Assembly (NCBI GenBank): GCA_016182555.1
Contig: JACPGJ010000003.1
Span: forward strand, 10,920 to 74,919
Direction: 5' to 3'
DNA: 64,000 nucleotides
Source: Candidatus Kerfeldbacteria bacterium
GTDB lineage: Bacteria > Patescibacteriota > Patescibacteriia > UBA9570 > XYC2-FULL-38-9
Shown: positions 18,931-29,829 of the stretch, in pieces
How positions within the stretch are numbered: position 1 is the stretch's first letter
Layout: each line of letters starts with the position of its first letter
The notes under the pieces: model-generated
The model's input: only the letters and a program-made list of their open reading frames with translations
Told to the model about the DNA's origin: nothing
Database searches by the model: none
Program-made: the position numbers and the translations under genes

Positions 18931-20250
18931 ATGAATAAGAAACATATCGGCATTATTGGGGGCGGATTAACAGGGATGACCGCGGCATTGGAACTGTTAA
19001 AAGATGGCCATGACATTACGATTATTGAAGGTGGATCGCAAACCGGCGGGCTTGCAGCCGGGTTTACATTTGAAGGTGCCAGCTTAGAACATGCTTACCA
19101 CCATGCCTTCAAAACCGATTATGATATTTTGGATTTGATTCAAGAATTAGAATTGAAGGACCAATTGAATTGGTTTGATAGCTCGATGGGTGTGTATTAC
19201 AACGGCCAATTATATCCCTTCCGCACTCCGATCGATTTACTGAAATTTCCGCCATTACGTTTTTGGAGTAAATTTCGTTTAGGCCTAACCGTATTGTATT
19301 TACAACACACAAAAAATTGGAAACGTTTTGAACACGTCACGGCAGCCGAATGGATGCGCAAGCATTGTGGTAAGCAAGCGTATGAAGTTATTTGGAAGCC
19401 GTTATTGCATGGCAAATTTCACCAATATGCTGACCAGGTATCTATGGCTTGGTTATGGGCCCGTATTCACATTCGCGCTAATTCAAAAGAAAAAGGGGAT
19501 TCGCGCGAGAAATTGGGGTATATGACGGGTGGGTTTCATACACTCATTCATGCATTGGAAGAGCGCTTACGCAAAGAAGGCGTGCAGATTCATTTGAATG
19601 AAAAAGTGCGCGGCGTGCGTACCGCAGAACAGGGCACGGTACAGGTAGAAACAGAACAGAAAACGTACACATTTGATGAAGTCATTTCGACGGTTTCTAC
19701 TCATCTTTTTTCACAAATGCTTGATTCAAAAGACACGACGTTAGCGAACTATAAAAAACAATTGGCGAGCGTGCAGTATTTAGGCGCAGCATTAGTCATT
19801 TTTTCTTCGGAACAATCGTTGAGCCCGTATTATTGGGTGAATGTGAATGATTCGGCTTCACCATTCTTAGCGTTCATTCAACATACGAATTTAGCACCGA
19901 CGAGTTGGTACAATAATCGGCAGGTGTATTATCTGGCGACATACGTTCCCCATGGTCATCGTTTTTTTACCACCGACGAAGCTGCACTGAAAGAAGAATT
20001 TTTTACCTATCTCAAAAAAATATTTCCTCAATTTTCCCCAGAACAAATACACAACACTCAGGTGATGCGTTTGCGGTATGCGCAACATATCGTGGATACG
20101 AACTACGCAGAAAAAATGCCGGCGCATGTTACGCCGATTCCGCACGTGTACCTTGCTAATTTTTCCCAAATTTTTCCAGAAGATCGCGGCATGAGTTATG
20201 CGATTCGCGAAGGTCGCAAGCAGGCGCAATTATTACGTGAACGATTATGA
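18931..20250 (+). CDS. FAD-dependent oxidoreductase (amine oxidase/HemY/Glf superfamily)
   Basis: GGGLTG, GGLA, YHH, SMAWLWAR, IFPEDRGM. Confidence 0.85.
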   Translation: MNKKHIGIIGGGLTGMTAALELLKDGHDITIIEGGSQTGGLAAGFTFEGASLEHAYHHAFKTDYDILDLIQELELKDQLNWFDSSMGVYYNGQLYPFRTPIDLLKFPPLRFWSKFRLGLTVLYLQHTKNWKRFEHVTAAEWMRKHCGKQAYEVIWKPLLHGKFHQYADQVSMAWLWARIHIRANSKEKGDSREKLGYMTGGFHTLIHALEERLRKEGVQIHLNEKVRGVRTAEQGTVQVETEQKTYTFDEVISTVSTHLFSQMLDSKDTTLANYKKQLASVQYLGAALVIFSSEQSLSPYYWVNVNDSASPFLAFIQHTNLAPTSWYNNRQVYYLATYVPHGHRFFTTDEAALKEEFFTYLKKIFPQFSPEQIHNTQVMRLRYAQHIVDTNYAEKMPAHVTPIPHVYLANFSQIFPEDRGMSYAIREGRKQAQLLRERL

Positions 20251-21887
20251 ATTTTCGTAAGCGATTACAACAACAATCTGTTTATTGGTATGGAGCGATG
20301 GCAGTGATGGTGCTATTTGCCGTTTTTCAATTGGCCACTATCAATCAGTACGGAGTGAGTTGGGACGAAAAAGATGAGCATCTGCTCGCAAACGCGTTGA
20401 TGCAATATATAGAAACGGGGAATGTGAGTGAAATTACGTTAACCGGATATCCTGATTTACGACATTATGGTTCCTCAACGCCATTTTTGATGATGTTGTG
20501 TTCTGTGGTTTCGCGTCAATTTCTCGGGTTGAATGTGGCGAGTGCGAATCATCTGTATATTGTGTTGTTGGGTGTCGTGACTCTCGTGGCAACATATTTG
20601 TGGAGCCGGCGTGTATTTGGAAAAAGAGTCGCATTATGGAGTATTCTTTTTTTGGCGTTATTTCCGCAATTTATTGCTCATGCTCAGTATAACCCTAAAG
20701 ATATTCCCCAAACAGCATATATTGCACTGACGTATTATTTTTTCTATCGGTGCTACCATGATCGAAAATTCATTTTTGCACTACTGGCTGGCGTGGTTTA
20801 TGGTATTGCCTTGTCTACCGTGGTTTCAGTCTTGATTGCGCTACCTATATTTTTTGGCAGCTACGTGCTTTTTATTCTTTTTCAAGACCCCGTTTATCGT
20901 CGTGCTGATTGGAAGCAGTACCTTGGAAAAGACGCCGTATTATTTTTGGTATTTGCTGCCACTGCAGCGCTTACGATGTATGCCACCTGGCCACTCATGT
21001 GGACAGAACCGACTATTTTTATGGACGCCGTGCGCCTGTTTCAACACCATGATTGGAATGGCACGGTGTTGTACTTAGGGACTGTCTCTTATGCCGCTGA
21101 GTTGCCCTGGCATTATGCGCCGTTGTATCTCTTTATTGTTACGCCGCTGTCTACAATCATTTTTTTTGTGTTTGGGCTAGTGTATGCCGGCAAGCAGGTC
21201 TTCAAGCGGGTGCATCTTTCTGCAGCTCACCAAGAAATGACGGGCACAGTGACTGTTCATTTAACCGCGGTATTTCGCTATGGGTCTTTACTATTGTGGG
21301 CGTTGATACCATTGGCGGTGTTTATGTTACCTGGTGCAGTGAATTATGATGGCATTCGACATTTTTTTATGGCTATTCCACCACTCATGATTCTTGCTGG
21401 TATTGGATTACATGCGGTTATTGAGCGTCTCGCCAGTTTGTCTGTGCCGTACAAACGCGTGCTACCTATTGCCATTATTTGCGTGTTTTTATTTTCAATT
21501 GGTGCACAAATTGTACAAATTCATCCGTATGAAGGATCGTATATGAATGAAATTGTTCGTACCGTGATCCCTAAGCACGTTGAAGATTTTTTTGAAGTAG
21601 AGTATTGGGGACCATCCTACCGCGAAGGAGTTAAGTGGCTGAATGCCAATGCTTCACAGAAATCTCGTGTTTGCATCCCGTTTGCGCCACATCTTATTGA
21701 TGCCTACCATACACGCAAAGATCTGTCTTTTGGTTGTGACCAGCCATATAGTTATGTGATGTATTTTACGCGTGGAGGAAAGCGTAATACGCCACAGGAA
21801 TTAACAGATCATGTTGATCAAGCACGACTCGTGTATACCATTTCACGCCAAGGTGCAGATTATTTATATATTTATGAAACGAAGTAA
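20247..21887 (+). CDS. GT-C (ArnT/PMT-like) glycosyltransferase, paralog 1
   Basis: YGVSWDE, HAQYNPKDIP, LPWHY, YDGIRHF, EYWG; many TM helices. Confidence 0.82.
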   Translation: MNFRKRLQQQSVYWYGAMAVMVLFAVFQLATINQYGVSWDEKDEHLLANALMQYIETGNVSEITLTGYPDLRHYGSSTPFLMMLCSVVSRQFLGLNVASANHLYIVLLGVVTLVATYLWSRRVFGKRVALWSILFLALFPQFIAHAQYNPKDIPQTAYIALTYYFFYRCYHDRKFIFALLAGVVYGIALSTVVSVLIALPIFFGSYVLFILFQDPVYRRADWKQYLGKDAVLFLVFAATAALTMYATWPLMWTEPTIFMDAVRLFQHHDWNGTVLYLGTVSYAAELPWHYAPLYLFIVTPLSTIIFFVFGLVYAGKQVFKRVHLSAAHQEMTGTVTVHLTAVFRYGSLLLWALIPLAVFMLPGAVNYDGIRHFFMAIPPLMILAGIGLHAVIERLASLSVPYKRVLPIAIICVFLFSIGAQIVQIHPYEGSYMNEIVRTVIPKHVEDFFEVEYWGPSYREGVKWLNANASQKSRVCIPFAPHLIDAYHTRKDLSFGCDQPYSYVMYFTRGGKRNTPQELTDHVDQARLVYTISRQGADYLYIYETK

Positions 21888-23457
21888 GTTGTTGAATTTT
21901 TCCACAGCTGCTTATTTGCTGATTGTACTTTTTTTTATCGTGAATGTGGTGACGTTGAAGCAGTATGGCATGACATACGATGAACGGAATTATGCCATGA
22001 TCGGCCAGATGAATGTGGAATATTTTCATACGCTGGATCGTTCACAAATTCACCCGTTAGATGATCTGATGATTTATTATGGACCAGCGTATCACATTGT
22101 TCAACAAGTGTTTGGTTTATTTGCGCAGGCGGTGTTTCATTTAGGGTATATTGATGCCACACATCTTTTTTTGGTATGTACTTCTACCGCCATGTTATTG
22201 GTGGTTTTTTTCTTTGCTCGGTCATTATTCCGCCCATCGGTTGGTTTGTGTACGGTTGTCTTGCTCATGCTGTTTCCACACTTTATTGCCCACGCCCATT
22301 ATAACCCGAAAGATTTACCCGAAGCCGAGATGGTGACCATTAGTTTGTATCTTTTTTATCGGCTCTATAGCACAAAGCGATATGTGTACGCTATTTTAGC
22401 CGGTGCGGTTTACGGTTTTGGTTTAGCCACAGTCGTGAGCATTCTTTTAGCCGTGCCAATATTTGTTGCGAGTTATCTATCTTTTTTGGTTTTTCAAGAA
22501 CGAATATATCAACGCAAAGATTGGAGGGTATATTTATTAAAAGATGTATTATTATTTTTTGTATTTGCTATCGTGCTCATGTTCACAATGGTTTTGAGTT
22601 GGCCACTGTTATGGAGCGATCCACACATATTTGTAGAATCTATTCGCTTGTTTCGTCACCATAGTTGGAATGGGCAGGTTTTATATTTTGGCCAAACCTA
22701 TCTTGGTTCTGAAATTCCGTGGCATTATGTGCTGCTATCTCTATTTATGGCTACTCCACTGTTACCATTTTGCTTTTTTATTGTTGGTCTGGTTCGGTCT
22801 GGAAAACAGATACTCCATCGGAAGGAAATGTTTCCATATGCGTTCATACTGTGTTGGGCCGCTCTGCCATTGATCATATTTATGTTGCCTGGTGCTGTGA
22901 ATTATGATGGAATACGACATTTTTTTATGGCTATTCCACCATTGATGATTCTCGCTGGTGTGGGGATGGATGCGGTGATACGCGGGTTAAAAAATATATT
23001 ACACACTCGACCCGTGCTTCTTCCAACTATTTTTTGTATAATCGTCGTCGGTTGGTTGGTTAATGAATCACGCCAAGTACACCCGTATGAAGGTGCCTAT
23101 TTTAATGAATTGGTGCGTCTCATCATTCCTGCACATATCGAAACTGTGTTTGAAGTGGAATATTGGGGCGCATCTTACCGAGAAGGTGTTGACTGGTTGA
23201 ATACACATGCCGCACCAAATGCGGTGGTCTGTGTGCCTGATGGTATGCATATGGTTGAAATGTATCCACGCCGTCTAGATATTCTCTTGCATTGTGGTGA
23301 TGACTCTACGTATGTCATGTATTATACGCGTGGTGGTCCAAGAAAAATTCCTGCGCCTATGTTATTGAACCAACAATCAACGCAGCGTGTCTACACTATC
23401 AGCCGGCAACATTCGGATTATCTGTATATTGTTTCTATTTCATCAGTATCGCAGTAA
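21874..23457 (+). CDS. GT-C (ArnT/PMT-like) glycosyltransferase, paralog 2
   Basis: YGMTYDE, HAHYNPKDLP, IPWHY, YDGIRHF, EYWG. Confidence 0.82.
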   Translation: MKRSKLLNFSTAAYLLIVLFFIVNVVTLKQYGMTYDERNYAMIGQMNVEYFHTLDRSQIHPLDDLMIYYGPAYHIVQQVFGLFAQAVFHLGYIDATHLFLVCTSTAMLLVVFFFARSLFRPSVGLCTVVLLMLFPHFIAHAHYNPKDLPEAEMVTISLYLFYRLYSTKRYVYAILAGAVYGFGLATVVSILLAVPIFVASYLSFLVFQERIYQRKDWRVYLLKDVLLFFVFAIVLMFTMVLSWPLLWSDPHIFVESIRLFRHHSWNGQVLYFGQTYLGSEIPWHYVLLSLFMATPLLPFCFFIVGLVRSGKQILHRKEMFPYAFILCWAALPLIIFMLPGAVNYDGIRHFFMAIPPLMILAGVGMDAVIRGLKNILHTRPVLLPTIFCIIVVGWLVNESRQVHPYEGAYFNELVRLIIPAHIETVFEVEYWGASYREGVDWLNTHAAPNAVVCVPDGMHMVEMYPRRLDILLHCGDDSTYVMYYTRGGPRKIPAPMLLNQQSTQRVYTISRQHSDYLYIVSISSVSQ

Positions 23458-23458
23458 C

Positions 23459-25402
23459 ATGTTTCAACGTATCTATCATTGGTTCAAGATATATTGGAAG
23501 GATATTGTCGTTATATGCATTATCTATAGCCTGATATTATTTCTTTCCTCGTTTGCACCGATCAGATTTGCGGATGCGTATAACGCCGTCACTGCAGAAA
23601 ATGTGGCCCATTCAGGAAAATATATATCACCATTAGGTGATGAATTCGATGTGTTTCTTTCTACTGGGCCTGCCGTTATTCTTCCGATTGCTTTTTCATT
23701 TGTATTGTTTGGTTCATCCGTGCTGGCAATTCGAGCAGTGATGGTTGCCTACACCGTTGCGTTTTTTGTTCTGTGGTTTTTGTTGATGGGTCAGTGGTTT
23801 CCCGCATGGGGAAAAATAAAAAAATACCTTGTGTTGATTTTTTCCGGATTCCTTCTTTTGAAAGTGAATATTCTTGGAGGAGATATTTTTTATAATGTTC
23901 TTGGTCAAATGCCTGGATTTTTTTATCTTTTTTTAGCGTTCTATCTTCTCACAAAATACCAACGCCGCCCATCATTGCTTTTAGTGATCTTTGCCGCTAT
24001 TTCAATTGGGTTGGCTATACAATCAAAATTATTTTTTGTGTTGGCGGTTCCCTCACTGTTCTATTTATTATTTGTTCGTGCGAATGGAAAGTGGCAATCG
24101 TGGAAGAAATGGATAGGGCACAGTAGTATAGCCATTATTTTTGCATTATTACCAACAATTCTTTTTCTTGTATGGCAGTGGTGTGCGCTGGGAACAGATC
24201 AATTTTTACGCACACAGTATGCGCTATATAAAACCATGAAATATGTGCCAGATTCTTTAATTCAAATTTCTGCGGTGAACCTTATGAAACAACATGTACA
24301 TACACTGGAGCAGATGTTACATGTTGATTGGTATATTTTTATTATTTTTCTTTTATCGGTTTTTGTTGGCGTGTATTATGCGTGGAGAAAAAATGTATAT
24401 ACCATTGTTGCATTGTCAATATTTTTATTTCTCTATAGTGGTTGGTGGTTTTTTCGTGATACCGGAAATCGAGACCGGCATACACTCTATTTGCTTTTGC
24501 CATTTGTTGTATTATGCGTCTGGCAATGGTGTTCAAGAGGTATGTGGCGAGTTGGTCGTACCCTTGCTTTGCTATCTATTACTATTATCCTTATTCGCGG
24601 TGTGCATCTTCATTCCGTGTTGGTGGAAGAACCAATAGCGACTCTTTATGCACAACAACAGCTTGTTGATTATTGGAATAACACGATGTCGCAACAGAAT
24701 ATTTCCGTGGTGTATGCGGGATTAGATGTCCCCGCAGATATTGCTTTTTTAGTGCATCGTCCGACATGGAATAGTGTACGTGATATGGACATGGTTGAGC
24801 GTGAATCTGGCAATATCCATTATCATATGTTAACACCGATTGGTCATGATTATGATCCGTTTGTTTATCATTATACACTAGATAATCACTGTATTCAGCC
24901 ATTGCTGTATAACGCTGGCAACTATAGTATTTGTACAGCATATAATAATTCGTATTCAGAAGAAGAATATCAGTATATGCTCCAAAGAAAAGAGACGATT
25001 TGTGAGGAATTGAAACAAGGATATCTTGGATCGTGTGCAAAACAAATCGGCGATGGGTTTATTATTACACTTTCTGATTTTCTCACTTTAGGAAAAGATT
25101 TTGCAGCATGGATAAAAATGAAACCAGGTGCTCATACACTCATTCTTGATGGTAAGATGCTGCATGGTATTCCCCATCAGAATATGCATATATTTATTAA
25201 TGATCAACTCGTATCGGAATATGCTGGAGACGAAGAGGAGTATTTTCGTATATCGATTGATCTAGATACCTATCAGCAAGGCGAATTAATTAAAGTGCGT
25301 ATAGTGAATGATGAAGTATTTTCTCCAATTTATTCATGGCAATTTTTTAATGTGCATTATGATCAACGAAGCATAGAACTATATAATATTGTTCAAGAAT
25401 AG
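23459..25402 (+). CDS. Multi-pass membrane protein, probable GT-C glycosyltransferase
   Basis: FADAYN, STGPAVILP, VLGQMP; many TM helices and a soluble C-terminal domain. Confidence 0.65.
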   Translation: MFQRIYHWFKIYWKDIVVICIIYSLILFLSSFAPIRFADAYNAVTAENVAHSGKYISPLGDEFDVFLSTGPAVILPIAFSFVLFGSSVLAIRAVMVAYTVAFFVLWFLLMGQWFPAWGKIKKYLVLIFSGFLLLKVNILGGDIFYNVLGQMPGFFYLFLAFYLLTKYQRRPSLLLVIFAAISIGLAIQSKLFFVLAVPSLFYLLFVRANGKWQSWKKWIGHSSIAIIFALLPTILFLVWQWCALGTDQFLRTQYALYKTMKYVPDSLIQISAVNLMKQHVHTLEQMLHVDWYIFIIFLLSVFVGVYYAWRKNVYTIVALSIFLFLYSGWWFFRDTGNRDRHTLYLLLPFVVLCVWQWCSRGMWRVGRTLALLSITIILIRGVHLHSVLVEEPIATLYAQQQLVDYWNNTMSQQNISVVYAGLDVPADIAFLVHRPTWNSVRDMDMVERESGNIHYHMLTPIGHDYDPFVYHYTLDNHCIQPLLYNAGNYSICTAYNNSYSEEEYQYMLQRKETICEELKQGYLGSCAKQIGDGFIITLSDFLTLGKDFAAWIKMKPGAHTLILDGKMLHGIPHQNMHIFINDQLVSEYAGDEEEYFRISIDLDTYQQGELIKVRIVNDEVFSPIYSWQFFNVHYDQRSIELYNIVQE

Positions 25403-25483
25403 GTTAAATAGCTTATCGTTTTTCTTGCATCTATTGAAGGTTTCCGATAGTATATCTGTATTCAATAATAGATGAATATTCAT

Positions 25484-26422
25484 ATGAAAATACTTGTCAC
25501 TGGCGGCGCAGGGTTTATTGGGTCGCATATCGTGGATGCGTTGGTTCAAGCTGGGCACCAGGTAAGTGTGCTGGATAATTTTAGTACCGGCAAACGGGAA
25601 TGGGTGAATGATGCTGCCGTGGTGCATGAAGCCGATATTACAGATGCAGCGCGGGTGAAAGAGGTTATTGCCGTGGCATGCCCAGAAATTATTTACCATT
25701 TTGCCGCACAGATTGATGTACGGAAATCGGTCTCTGATCCGGTGGTGGATGCACAGCAGAATATTATTGGTACACTAAATGTTTGTGAAGCGGCGCGTAC
25801 GGCGCTTCCAGTTGGCACGCCGCGAAAAATTATTTTTGCGGCAACGGGTGGTATGATGTATGGTGATACCGATATTCGTCCGACACCAGAACAGGTGGAA
25901 CCACGTCCGATTTCACCATATGCTATTTCAAAGTTATCGGTAGAAAAATATTTGTATTATTACAAAATGGTATACGGTATTGATTATGTTTCTTTGCGAT
26001 TTGCGAATGTCTATGGTCCGCGTCAGAATCCGCATGGAGAAGCGGGTGTGGTGGCCATATTTATTAACAAAATGATGCGTGGTGAACAACCGATTATTAA
26101 CGGCGATGGTACGCAAACACGTGATTACGTATTTGTGCATGATGCGGTAGATGCAGCAATGCGTGCGATGAACACTCAGACTCTATCCGGATATTATAAT
26201 GTGAGTACCGGTATCGAAACCGATGTGAATAGTATTTTTGATCTGATCAATGCCGCGTTTGATAAAAAATTTACTGCGCAGCATGGTGAAGCCAAAGCTG
26301 GCGAACAACGAACGAGTGCACTCGATTATTCAAAAATTTCACAAGAAACTGGTTGGAAACCACGAGCCGTGCTTGCAGAAGGGGTGATCCAAACGGTGAA
26401 GTGGTTTTGTGAACAAATATAG
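25484..26422 (+). CDS. galE: UDP-glucose 4-epimerase-like extended SDR
   Basis: GGAGFIG, AAQIDVRKSV, YAISK, NVYGPRQNPHGEAGVV. Confidence 0.82.
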   Translation: MKILVTGGAGFIGSHIVDALVQAGHQVSVLDNFSTGKREWVNDAAVVHEADITDAARVKEVIAVACPEIIYHFAAQIDVRKSVSDPVVDAQQNIIGTLNVCEAARTALPVGTPRKIIFAATGGMMYGDTDIRPTPEQVEPRPISPYAISKLSVEKYLYYYKMVYGIDYVSLRFANVYGPRQNPHGEAGVVAIFINKMMRGEQPIINGDGTQTRDYVFVHDAVDAAMRAMNTQTLSGYYNVSTGIETDVNSIFDLINAAFDKKFTAQHGEAKAGEQRTSALDYSKISQETGWKPRAVLAEGVIQTVKWFCEQI

Positions 26423-26497
26423 TTTTTCATCTCAATGGGTTGATCATGCATAATGTATGTGGCGTTTTATCTGTCAACGCGAATTCCGTTAGGTGAG

Positions 26498-27916
26498 TTA
26501 TTTCAGAGGCACAAGTTTGCCATTGGGTTGTAATTGAAAAATGTAATGGAGGCTATTTTTTTCAATTGTCGATACATGTGCTATGTCAATTGGAATTGCC
26601 TTAACAGTTGGGTTGTTATAGGCAATTCGTAATATTGATCCACCATTAAATATAAATAGTTCTGTAGGAAAATCTGCTGGGAACACAAAATAGAATGTTG
26701 TATTGTCACTTATATGAGGAACAAACGCTTGTACTTGTTGAGTCACCCGATCTAAACGTTCTGTAAAGTTACCATGATTTTTTGCTACCACAGTGAATTG
26801 ATTATATGTGGTATAAGCAAAAAAAAGTAACCAGAAACTGAGAAGAGTATATGGAATATATATTCTCTTTTTACATAAGGAAGTTAGATAATCAATACAG
26901 ACTGCAAATACAATATACAGCCCGATAATAGGCAACATGAGGTAATAACTATAGATATGGAATGGGAGAATAAGGACTGGTAAAAGTGTGCCACCTGCCC
27001 AACCAGCTCCAAACAGCATTACTTTTCTTCTATCAGCATTTGCAAAAAATGCTACTATTATTGGAATGAATAAGCTAACGGCTACAATAAAAAGATTTGA
27101 TTTAACCAACAATATTCCATCTATTGCCCATGCTATATATGTACGAATATGTTCGCTCAGAAAAGAACCAAATTCAAGAGAATATGCACCTTCATTTGGA
27201 TAGATCAAAAATTGTGATCTGAGAAGAAAAAATAGGATTGTCACAATAACAAATGGACCAAATTTGCGCAGTATTTCTTTTATAGAGTGATGACGTTCTA
27301 CAGTTAAATGCAGAAGGAGTAAAACTCCAGGTAAGGTGATAGCCATCTCTTTTGACAGTAGAGCCAAGATAAAAGAGAATATTGATAAAAAATACTTCGT
27401 GGAAAGAGTTCTATACCCAGAATACATATAGAATAAGAGAGAAGATAAAAAGAATAGTATACTCAATAACTCTTGACATACAGATATCCAGCGTTGAGAA
27501 TCAAAGCTAATTGGATTCATAATATACAACAATGCAGCAGCGGCGCTAATATATTTTTTTAATCCAAATTTTGCTAAAATGAGATATAGCAGCACACCAT
27601 TGATTGCTAAAAGAATAGTATTGGAGATGTGAAAATAAATAGGATGCGGCCCAAACATCAGCTGGAGAGTACCGAAATACACATTTGTTGATATTGGTCT
27701 ATAAAATATCGTATTTTGACTGGTGGAAAATAGATTCAGCAAATCAGCAAATGATCCTATAGTAGATCGTTCCACGAAAATATAATCATCCAGAAAAAAG
27801 GATTGATCAAAGGTATGGTGATAAAAGAGTAGAGTAACAATAAGGAATATAGGAATAATACATATCAGCCATCGTATATTTGCTGTATATCGCTTCAACA
27901 GAGTAGAAACTGTCAT
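26498..27916 (-). CDS. GT-C-like (TMTC/PMT-type) membrane glycosyltransferase
   Basis: FLDD, FYRP, FH..N, LLSKE motifs; AT-rich gene. Confidence 0.7.
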   Translation of the reverse strand: MTVSTLLKRYTANIRWLICIIPIFLIVTLLFYHHTFDQSFFLDDYIFVERSTIGSFADLLNLFSTSQNTIFYRPISTNVYFGTLQLMFGPHPIYFHISNTILLAINGVLLYLILAKFGLKKYISAAAALLYIMNPISFDSQRWISVCQELLSILFFLSSLLFYMYSGYRTLSTKYFLSIFSFILALLSKEMAITLPGVLLLLHLTVERHHSIKEILRKFGPFVIVTILFFLLRSQFLIYPNEGAYSLEFGSFLSEHIRTYIAWAIDGILLVKSNLFIVAVSLFIPIIVAFFANADRRKVMLFGAGWAGGTLLPVLILPFHIYSYYLMLPIIGLYIVFAVCIDYLTSLCKKRIYIPYTLLSFWLLFFAYTTYNQFTVVAKNHGNFTERLDRVTQQVQAFVPHISDNTTFYFVFPADFPTELFIFNGGSILRIAYNNPTVKAIPIDIAHVSTIEKNSLHYIFQLQPNGKLVPLK

Positions 27917-27953
27917 ATTATAGAACTTCCGTATTTAGCTAAATGATCACAAA

Positions 27954-28997
27954 TTAGAAGAATTTTTTGGCTAGGCCAAGAATACCTTGTTTCCATGGCA
28001 CACGGTGGGAAACGCCAGATTTTCCTTCAAATTCTTTTTGATGGTCAATGTACCATTGCAAATTTCGAAGGAGCGCATCTTTGTTTGAATATTTTGGTAC
28101 GTACCCCAGAATGCGTTCTGCTTTTTCAATAGAAACAAACGAATCTTCACAAGCAGTTTCATACACCCATTTATATAATGGAGAGAGGTGAAAAAATTCC
28201 AGTACTCGTAAAGCCCAAATCATGGGTGCCGCAGGAAAGCCAATAATTTTTTTTCCAAACCCAGCTTTGTCTAACACGACTTGATAATCTTCTTTCATGG
28301 TAGTGAATTCCTTTGCACCAATATTGAATGTATCGTTCACTATGCTGGTTTCTTTTGTCGCACATAAGTAAATCGCATCACATAAATCTTCCACCGCAAG
28401 TAATTGATAGCGATTATGACCACTCCCGATCATGGGAAAATTTCGGCCATCCAACGCCCAATCATACAACAACGCAAAGACGCCTAAACGCTCCGGCCCA
28501 ATAAAAGATTTTGGACGAATAATGGGTACAACCATGCCATCTTTACGTGCCTGAACACAAGCTTCTTCAGCAAGAATTTTTGCTTCTCCATACGGGCCAA
28601 CGCCAACAAGCTTATCGGTTTCAAATAACGGATGATGATCTGGGATACCGTACACTGCCGTAGATGAAATATGCACGACCCGTTTTACACCGTGTTTTTT
28701 TGCCGATTCCAAAATAATGCGTGTACCCTCTACGTCAGTAGAATAAATTTCTTCTTTGGAATACAATGGGAGTGCAGCGGCGCAATGAACAACAATATCC
28801 ACTCCTTCCATTATTTTGTCTACCGTGTCTTTATGGCGAATATCACCAATGACCGACTGGATACGATCTTTTTCCGGATAATCAAATTCGAGCAAATCAA
28901 GAGAGCGAACGGTGTGCCCGTTTTCCAAAAGAAAGCGAATCAGATTAATCCCTAGAAATCCTGATCCGCCGGTAATGAGGTAGGTCTGTGATGCCAT
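27954..28997 (-). CDS. NAD-dependent epimerase/dehydratase (extended SDR, 3-beta-HSD-like)
   Basis: TGGSGFLG, SSTAVYG, YGEAK. Confidence 0.85.
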   Translation of the reverse strand: MASQTYLITGGSGFLGINLIRFLLENGHTVRSLDLLEFDYPEKDRIQSVIGDIRHKDTVDKIMEGVDIVVHCAAALPLYSKEEIYSTDVEGTRIILESAKKHGVKRVVHISSTAVYGIPDHHPLFETDKLVGVGPYGEAKILAEEACVQARKDGMVVPIIRPKSFIGPERLGVFALLYDWALDGRNFPMIGSGHNRYQLLAVEDLCDAIYLCATKETSIVNDTFNIGAKEFTTMKEDYQVVLDKAGFGKKIIGFPAAPMIWALRVLEFFHLSPLYKWVYETACEDSFVSIEKAERILGYVPKYSNKDALLRNLQWYIDHQKEFEGKSGVSHRVPWKQGILGLAKKFF

Positions 28998-29005
28998 AGA
29001 AAAAA

Positions 29006-29362
29006 TTATGATTTAGGTAATGAAATAAGAATAATGCCCGATAATAATAGCAATATTCCGCTGAGCTGTACACCGCTCAGTGTCTCTTTGAGATAGAATG
29101 TGGAAAAGAGAGTAATAATCAAAAAACCCCCACCGACCATCAGCGGATATGCGAGGGAGAGTGGTAATTTGGAGAGCGCTACGGAATAAAAAATCACATT
29201 CAGGGCGAAGAGTATCAGCCCAAGGATAAGTACGTAATTTTTCATCACGGCTTCGATCATTCCGACTTCTTTAAAATAATGCAAATTTTTAGAACCAACC
29301 TTGAGTGAAATGTTTGCGACGGCGTTGAGCGTGAGTGCAGTCACAAGATAAGCATATCCCAT
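29006..29362 (-). CDS. SMR/EamA-like small membrane transporter (ArnE/F-like flippase candidate)
   Basis: Four TM helices; ALSKLPLSLAYP, LKE. Confidence 0.8.
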   Translation of the reverse strand: MGYAYLVTALTLNAVANISLKVGSKNLHYFKEVGMIEAVMKNYVLILGLILFALNVIFYSVALSKLPLSLAYPLMVGGGFLIITLFSTFYLKETLSGVQLSGILLLLSGIILISLPKS

Positions 29363-29367
29363 AATAT

Positions 29368-29829
29368 TTATAGATAATGATTGAATAGTCTGAACATAAC
29401 ATCATCAACCGCATTGATTATTTTAATAATCGGGCGATCTTTTCCATGCTTCCTTTTCACTCGAATAAATTGGGCGCCTATACGCTTTGCAAATAGGGCA
29501 TCGGTCAAAAATTTATCGCCAATAACGGTGACCGGCTGTTGCGAAAACTCGGTGGGAAGGCATTGCAGCACACGACGACTGGGTTTTTTACAATCTGGGT
29601 TGATGATTGATGTTTTTGTAATCCGTTCTATTTCTTTGCAGCGAGGTCGATTCCGTGAATTTGTACATAAATAGACAGTATTATGTTCTTTCAGTTCTTC
29701 CAATTTTTTTAATGCGGGCAGTGTGACCAATACCGCATTGTCTGGAACCAATGTTCCGTCAATATCCAACAAAATAACTGAATCACGCAATGACTGCACA
29801 TTCAGCTCTTCAAAATAGTATTCAGCCAT
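29368..29829 (-). CDS. HAD IIIA (YqeG-like) phosphatase
   Basis: DIDGTL, TN, KKP, IGDKFLTD. Confidence 0.85.
   Translation of the reverse strand: MAEYYFEELNVQSLRDSVILLDIDGTLVPDNAVLVTLPALKKLEELKEHNTVYLCTNSRNRPRCKEIERITKTSIINPDCKKPSRRVLQCLPTEFSQQPVTVIGDKFLTDALFAKRIGAQFIRVKRKHGKDRPIIKIINAVDDVMFRLFNHYL

Noticed and set aside
26423-26497. Weak inverted repeat between the convergent galE-like and GT-C-like genes
   Set aside because: Many mismatches and no similarity to the GTAG element
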